Below the pieces are notes generated by a model. That model had not been told where the DNA came from. It did no database searches and saw nothing but the letters and a program-made list of their open reading frames with translations. A program made the translations under genes and the position numbers. Source: Terriglobia bacterium (GTDB lineage Bacteria > Acidobacteriota > Terriglobia > UBA7540). From it: a stretch of 30,885 bases of DNA. Numbering within the stretch: the first letter of the stretch is position 1; every line of letters starts with the position of its first letter. The stretch lies in NCBI GenBank assembly GCA_030036915.1, contig JASHSC010000697.1, forward strand, positions 1 through 30,885, given 5' to 3'. Shown in pieces: positions 26,546 to 30,885 of the stretch.

Positions 26546-26809
26546 GACCAGTTTGTGGCCGATCAAGGCGGACGATTGCAGGTGGAACGCCTGCCCGCTT
26601 ACGCTCCGGAACTCAACCCGGTGGAATACCTGTGGGGATACTGGAAACAACATGAACTTCCCAACTTCTGCCCCAAGACCTTTGGCGAACTCAGCCATGG
26701 AGCCCGGCAAGCCTTGCGCCGCATTCGGCGTCGACCTACGCCGGTCACGGCCTTTTGGAAGCAAGCGAAGCTCTTTGAATAGTGTCACTATATTATATCA
26801 ACATGAGTA
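26546..26809 (+). mobile_element. 3' remnant of an IS630-family element (transposase tail plus right end)
   Basis: GRLQVERLPAYAPELNPVEYLW catalytic motif and stop at 26782. The short tail TGTCACTATATTATATCAACATGAGTA ends in TA (26808-26809), the IS630 target dinucleotide. Confidence 0.8.
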
Positions 26810-27406
26810 GGTGAAAGCCACGTGGAGGGAGGACCTTGGCTGCACGAGCAGCAGGAGCGATGCGCTGGCGTGTTTGTCCGCCTTATCAACGCCTGCCAGA
26901 AGGAACCCATTGAGTACTACAACAAGGGAATCGGCGCGAACACGATATCTTCTCGCAGCCCTGGGTACGCGGAGTCAAAGAAACCGGGCGCTCTCGAAAG
27001 CTACCACGACGACGTTATCGATCTCCAACCGGATCTGTACATCCTGGCTTATGGCTTAAACAAGATGGGGGCAGCCATGCCGCTGAGCGATTTTCGGGCG
27101 GATATGGCGACCATAATTGGCGACGTACAAAAAGCCTGCTCTCCGGCCACGGTGCTCACCATCGTCTACTACATGACCGGTTGGAGGAGTTTCCGTCCCT
27201 ATGATATAAGGTAGCGTGGATTTCACCCGCTGTTACAATGACTGCATTCGCGGGCTGGCGGCCGAGTTCGATTGCATCCTGGCAGATACTTGGGCGTCGG
27301 AAGGTATAACTGACCGATGAATAACGCGGCGTAGATGCAATAAGGTCGGGCGGATCGTAATCGCCAATCGGATTTTCGAAGCCCTCGCACAACATGCCAG
27401 CGGGCC
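26810..27406 (+). pseudogene. Decayed SGNH/GDSL hydrolase
   Basis: Blocks GESHVEGGPW (I), NKGIGANT (II) and LAYGLN (III). A frameshift near 27207 continues GSVDFTRCYNDCIRGLAAEFDCILAD, followed by a stop. The DxxH block is scrambled before NKVGRIVIANRIFEAL. Confidence 0.7.
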
Positions 27407-27587
27407 TCACGGGGTGGGTGTTTGAGCAAGATCACAGCACCCAACACGCATGCCCAATACGCATTTAAGAAACGGAATGAGGACGGAGATCCCTTTCGGA
27501 AGACGTGGTGAAACCAGCAGCCTTCGCTTGACCGCCGCTACATGAAGGAAGCCTAAGATGAAGCCATGACAGCTCCAGGAGCGTCCG

Positions 27588-29939
27588 ATGCGAACGTCCT
27601 TTAAGATGTCTCTATCCACATGCCTACTGATTTTCATGTTGTTGACGGGCTATGGTGTGCCAGGCACGAGGCAGCTAAGTGGGAAGAACGCCGTTAGTAG
27701 TGGCTTCGCCCAATACGTGAATCCCTTTGTCGGAACCGCGGGGCCAGACCCGGGAAATACCTATCCCGGCGCGGCGTTGCCTTTTGGGATGATCCAATGG
27801 AGTCCAGATTCGCGAACGGGATTTGTTCGACATGGTGGAGGCTACCTGTACCACGACGATGCGATCCGCGGATTTAGCCTCACTCATTTGAGCGGCACCG
27901 GCTGCCCCATCATGGGCGATATTCCTATCATGCCCTTTGCAGGGAGTATTGCTACTTCACCGGCTGCAGACTCCAGCACCTATATCGCGAGCTTTGCCCA
28001 TGCGAACGAGGAAGCCTCGCCGGGGTATTACTCTGTTGCCTTCGATAACGGAATCAAAGTGCAACTGACCGTGACCACGCGCGCCGGCATCGGCAGCATT
28101 GCGTTCCCGCCTTCTGAACATTCGAATGTTCTTTTCAATGTGGGCAAGAACGCCACCGGTGTAACCGGTGCCACGGTTGAAATTACAGGCGATCGGGAGA
28201 TCTCCGGAAGCGTTTCAACGGGCCACTTTTGCAGCCTCAAAGACAATAAATACACGGTGTATTTCGCTGCCGAGTTCAATCGCCCCTTCATCAGTTTCGG
28301 AACCTGGTCGGGCGCCTCTGTGGACAAGGGACAGCGTTCCGTGGCCGGTGGCCAAACGGGAGGTTTCGTCGAGTTCGATACTACAAACGACCGGCGCGTC
28401 GAGATGAAAATTGGACTCTCGTATGTCAGCGCTGACAAGGCCCGGAAGAATCTCGGGAGAGAAATTCCAGGTTGGAATTTTGAAACGGTGCGTCAGGCGG
28501 CTCGTGACAGGTGGAATCACGATCTGGGGCGCATCGTTGTGACGGGTGGTACTGACGATGAGCGGCGAGTGTTTTACACTGCCCTTTATCATGCCCTCTT
28601 GCACCCAAACGTCTTCAATGACGTCGACGGCCAATACATCGGTTTTGACGACCGGTTGCACACGGCCAATGGCTTTAATGTCTACGCGAACTACTCCGGC
28701 TGGGACATCTATCGCTGTGAAGTGCAACTGTTGGCCATGCTGTTCCCCAAAGAAACCAGCGACATGATGACTTCGTTGGTGCTGGATGAACAACAGGGTG
28801 GAGGTCTACCCCTTTGGCCCGTTGCCAATCATGAGGCCTGCCAGATGGTCGGTAGTCCCTCTCCACCGATGATCGCGGATGCCTATTTCTTCGGGGCCAG
28901 GGACTTTGACGCCAAGGCTGCGCTGACGGCCATGATAAAAGACGCCACCGATCCTAATGCCACATCGAATTCTTGTCCGGAATGGGACGACCTCAATGAC
29001 TACCTGAAATATGGGTTTCTGGGCCCGGACACCATCACGAACCGCTGGCATAGAAATAGCCCAAGCGGTCCATCGCAGACGCTGGAGTTTACGACCACCG
29101 ACTTCTCAATCGCCCGGTTGGCGCAAGCGTTTGGTGACACCACCACCTACCAGACATTCATGAAGAGAGCGCAGTTTTGGCGAAACGTATTTGATACGCA
29201 AACTGGCTACGTCGAACCTCGCAGGAAGGACGGCTCGTTTATCCAGGTGGAACCTGGGGCCCGCAGATATTACGTGGATGGACATCAAGCACAATATGTG
29301 GAAGGCAATGCCGCGCAATATAGTTGGATGGTTCCCTACAACATGCGGGCGTTAATGGACCTGATGGGGGGAAACGCGAAAGTGGTGGAGAGACTCAATA
29401 AGTTTTTCACGGAACTGAATGCGGGCGATAATAGACCCTATTTTTGGATCGGGAATGAGCCCGTCTTCGCAGTCCCTTGGGCCTATGATTATGCCGGAGC
29501 CCCATGGGAGGCTCAATCCGTGACGCGTCGCGTTGAAGTGGAATTGTTCACTCCCGGCCCGGACGGCGAACCAGGAAATGACGATCTGGGCGCTACATCT
29601 GCCTGGTATGTCTTCGCCGCAATGGGCGCCTACCCCGCCATTCCGGCTGTGGGAGGACTGGCGCTGAACAGCCCTCTCTTCCCGAGTGCAACCATTCATC
29701 TTGGCAACGGAAAAGTAATAAAGATCGAAGGCGAAAATGCTTCAGCATCGAGCCCCTACGTGCAGAGCCTGCGCGTGAATGGCAAACCTTCTGAAACCAC
29801 CTGGATTCCCTACGATACTCTGCGCCAAGGCCTGAGCTTGCAATTCCATCTCGGGAACACCCCCAACAAACAATGGGGGATAAAACCCGAGGATTCGCCT
29901 CCATCTTTCGCAGAAGGCATGGAGGCATCAGGACAGTGA
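27588..29939 (+). CDS. GH92 alpha-mannosidase (secreted)
   Basis: Motifs YVNPFVGT, GNTYPGAALPFGMIQWSPD, GFSLTHLSGTGC, EEASPGYY, WDIYR, VEGNAAQYSW, GNEP and GNDDLGATSAWYVF; AGGAG RBS and an N-terminal hydrophobic leader. Confidence 0.92.
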   Translation: MRTSFKMSLSTCLLIFMLLTGYGVPGTRQLSGKNAVSSGFAQYVNPFVGTAGPDPGNTYPGAALPFGMIQWSPDSRTGFVRHGGGYLYHDDAIRGFSLTHLSGTGCPIMGDIPIMPFAGSIATSPAADSSTYIASFAHANEEASPGYYSVAFDNGIKVQLTVTTRAGIGSIAFPPSEHSNVLFNVGKNATGVTGATVEITGDREISGSVSTGHFCSLKDNKYTVYFAAEFNRPFISFGTWSGASVDKGQRSVAGGQTGGFVEFDTTNDRRVEMKIGLSYVSADKARKNLGREIPGWNFETVRQAARDRWNHDLGRIVVTGGTDDERRVFYTALYHALLHPNVFNDVDGQYIGFDDRLHTANGFNVYANYSGWDIYRCEVQLLAMLFPKETSDMMTSLVLDEQQGGGLPLWPVANHEACQMVGSPSPPMIADAYFFGARDFDAKAALTAMIKDATDPNATSNSCPEWDDLNDYLKYGFLGPDTITNRWHRNSPSGPSQTLEFTTTDFSIARLAQAFGDTTTYQTFMKRAQFWRNVFDTQTGYVEPRRKDGSFIQVEPGARRYYVDGHQAQYVEGNAAQYSWMVPYNMRALMDLMGGNAKVVERLNKFFTELNAGDNRPYFWIGNEPVFAVPWAYDYAGAPWEAQSVTRRVEVELFTPGPDGEPGNDDLGATSAWYVFAAMGAYPAIPAVGGLALNSPLFPSATIHLGNGKVIKIEGENASASSPYVQSLRVNGKPSETTWIPYDTLRQGLSLQFHLGNTPNKQWGIKPEDSPPSFAEGMEASGQ

Positions 29940-30411
29940 AAGGCCGTGGGTGCTGCAACCAAATGTTGTTGATCAAAAACCGGTTTTAAGTAAGCAAGTC
30001 AATGCGGCGGTCCGGCCTTTCCGAGATAGCCCGTAATGAACACACGGCCTGACTCCTCGGGAATCGTTACCCAGAGATTGACCGGCCAGGTCATGTACAT
30101 TCCCTGCCCGTGCAGGCCTTGCATGAGGGAACCGAGTGAGTAGCACCGCCAATGGGCGAGTCGGTCTAAACATCCCAGGCATGGTCCCCGTAAAATCCAA
30201 GAATTCAAACGAAGGGCAGTTCGTTTGCCCAGGAATGCGATCTTTGCGCGAATTGATGGGTGGGTAGTTCTTGTTTAAGGTCCTCCAAAGCCATGTCCGA
30301 TGGCATGCATCTGCTCGCTGCAATCAGTCCAGGGAACGCCCCTGCACAGCGCTACGATAACGATCGACACACTCGCCGGCGACCGTCGTCTCGCCCTGCG
30401 ATCGTCCACCC

Positions 30412-30720
30412 TCAGGCTGCTTGGCGGTGGTAGTAACTCAGCATTCCGCCCAGCCGCTGACGGCGCCGGATCGCTCCCTTCGTGCTCACGTAAGACTCTT
30501 TCTCCACGATCAACCGGTTGTCCAAGCCTTGGTGGTTCCGCTCGTGATGATAGCGCTCTACAAATTCATGAAGGGCTCTCCGCAAAGAGGCTTCTCCGAC
30601 CAAGATCATCCGCTCCAAGCAGGATTCCTTAATGGTCCGGACGAACCGTTCGGAGTGGGCATTCAAGTTCGGGGCGCGCGGTGGCAGCTTCACGGATTTC
30701 ACCCCGCTGGTTTCCAAGGT
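30412..30720 (-). pseudogene. C-terminal fragment of an integrase-core (IS481/IS3-like DDE) transposase
   Basis: GVKSVKLPPRAPNLNAHSERFVRTIKESCLERMIL...YHHERNHQGLDN...RRRQRLGGMLSYYHRQAA. The tracked ORF upstream of about 30720 is not homologous. Confidence 0.8.
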
Positions 30721-30781
30721 GACGGGGTTCCCGCCAATGCTGAATCGCCTCTCTTCTGGCGCGAAGCTCGACTTAACTGTA

Positions 30782-30805
30782 ATATCGCGATATCGCATGA
30801 TATCA
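30782..30805. promoter_or_regulatory. Cluster of overlapping palindromes built from three ATATC units; candidate operator
   Basis: ATATCGCGATAT (30782-30793), GCGATATCGC (30787-30796) and TGATATCA (30798-30805). Confidence 0.4.
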
Positions 30806-30885
30806 AATAGCGCTGATGTCGAGCCTCTCTTTTCAACTGAAATCAAGTCAATTTCTCTCATTCCCGCGATTCAAGTGGTGCGGAA

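Noticed and set aside
26216-26788. 190-aa minus-strand ORF
   Set aside because: Chimeric: antisense of IS630 running into an off-frame reading of the GH29 relic.
30721-30760. Possible IS256-like terminal repeat (minus strand ATTCAGCATTGGCGGGAACCCC)
   Set aside because: Resemblance is vague and no IS256 transposase tail is readable next to it.
1-30885. CRISPR array, integron attC array, rRNA/tRNA, group II intron, defence system
   Set aside because: No regularly spaced repeats, cloverleafs, conserved rRNA motifs, intron domain V, or nuclease/ATPase/reverse-transcriptase motifs were recognised by eye. Infernal, tRNAscan and DefenseFinder runs would be needed to exclude them formally.

Overview
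A ~31 kb accessory region, probably from an Acidobacteria-like genome (inferred from the large carboxypeptidase-regulatory-domain TonB-dependent receptor and the gene content). It holds carbohydrate and amino-acid scavenging genes mixed with many gene scars. Left to right: (1) three tandem paralogues of a GHL6/GH42-trimerisation-type putative glycoside hydrolase, the first cut by the window edge; (2) an M20 metallohydrolase, an orphan comA-like phosphosulfolactate synthase, a DadA-like D-amino acid dehydrogenase, a secreted FN3/transglutaminase-like protein, a NagB-like deaminase and a SolA/sarcosine-oxidase-like flavoprotein; (3) a stack of dead IS elements (IS3, a TGT-type end, IS256); (4) a PUL-like locus with a secreted GH14/GH42-like hydrolase convergent on Tat double-MBL hydrolase -> GntR -> TBDR, with two clear sigma70 promoters and a perfect 14-bp operator-like palindrome; (5) GH29, IS630 and SGNH remnants, an intact GH92 mannosidase and an integrase remnant. 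No rRNA, tRNA or CRISPR array was seen. All family calls are by motif recognition only; no database search was run. No single clearly novel system is proven. The best candidates are the SusD-less PUL with uncharacterised enzymes, the diversifying hydrolase triplet, and the comA/D-amino-acid/transglutaminase cluster.
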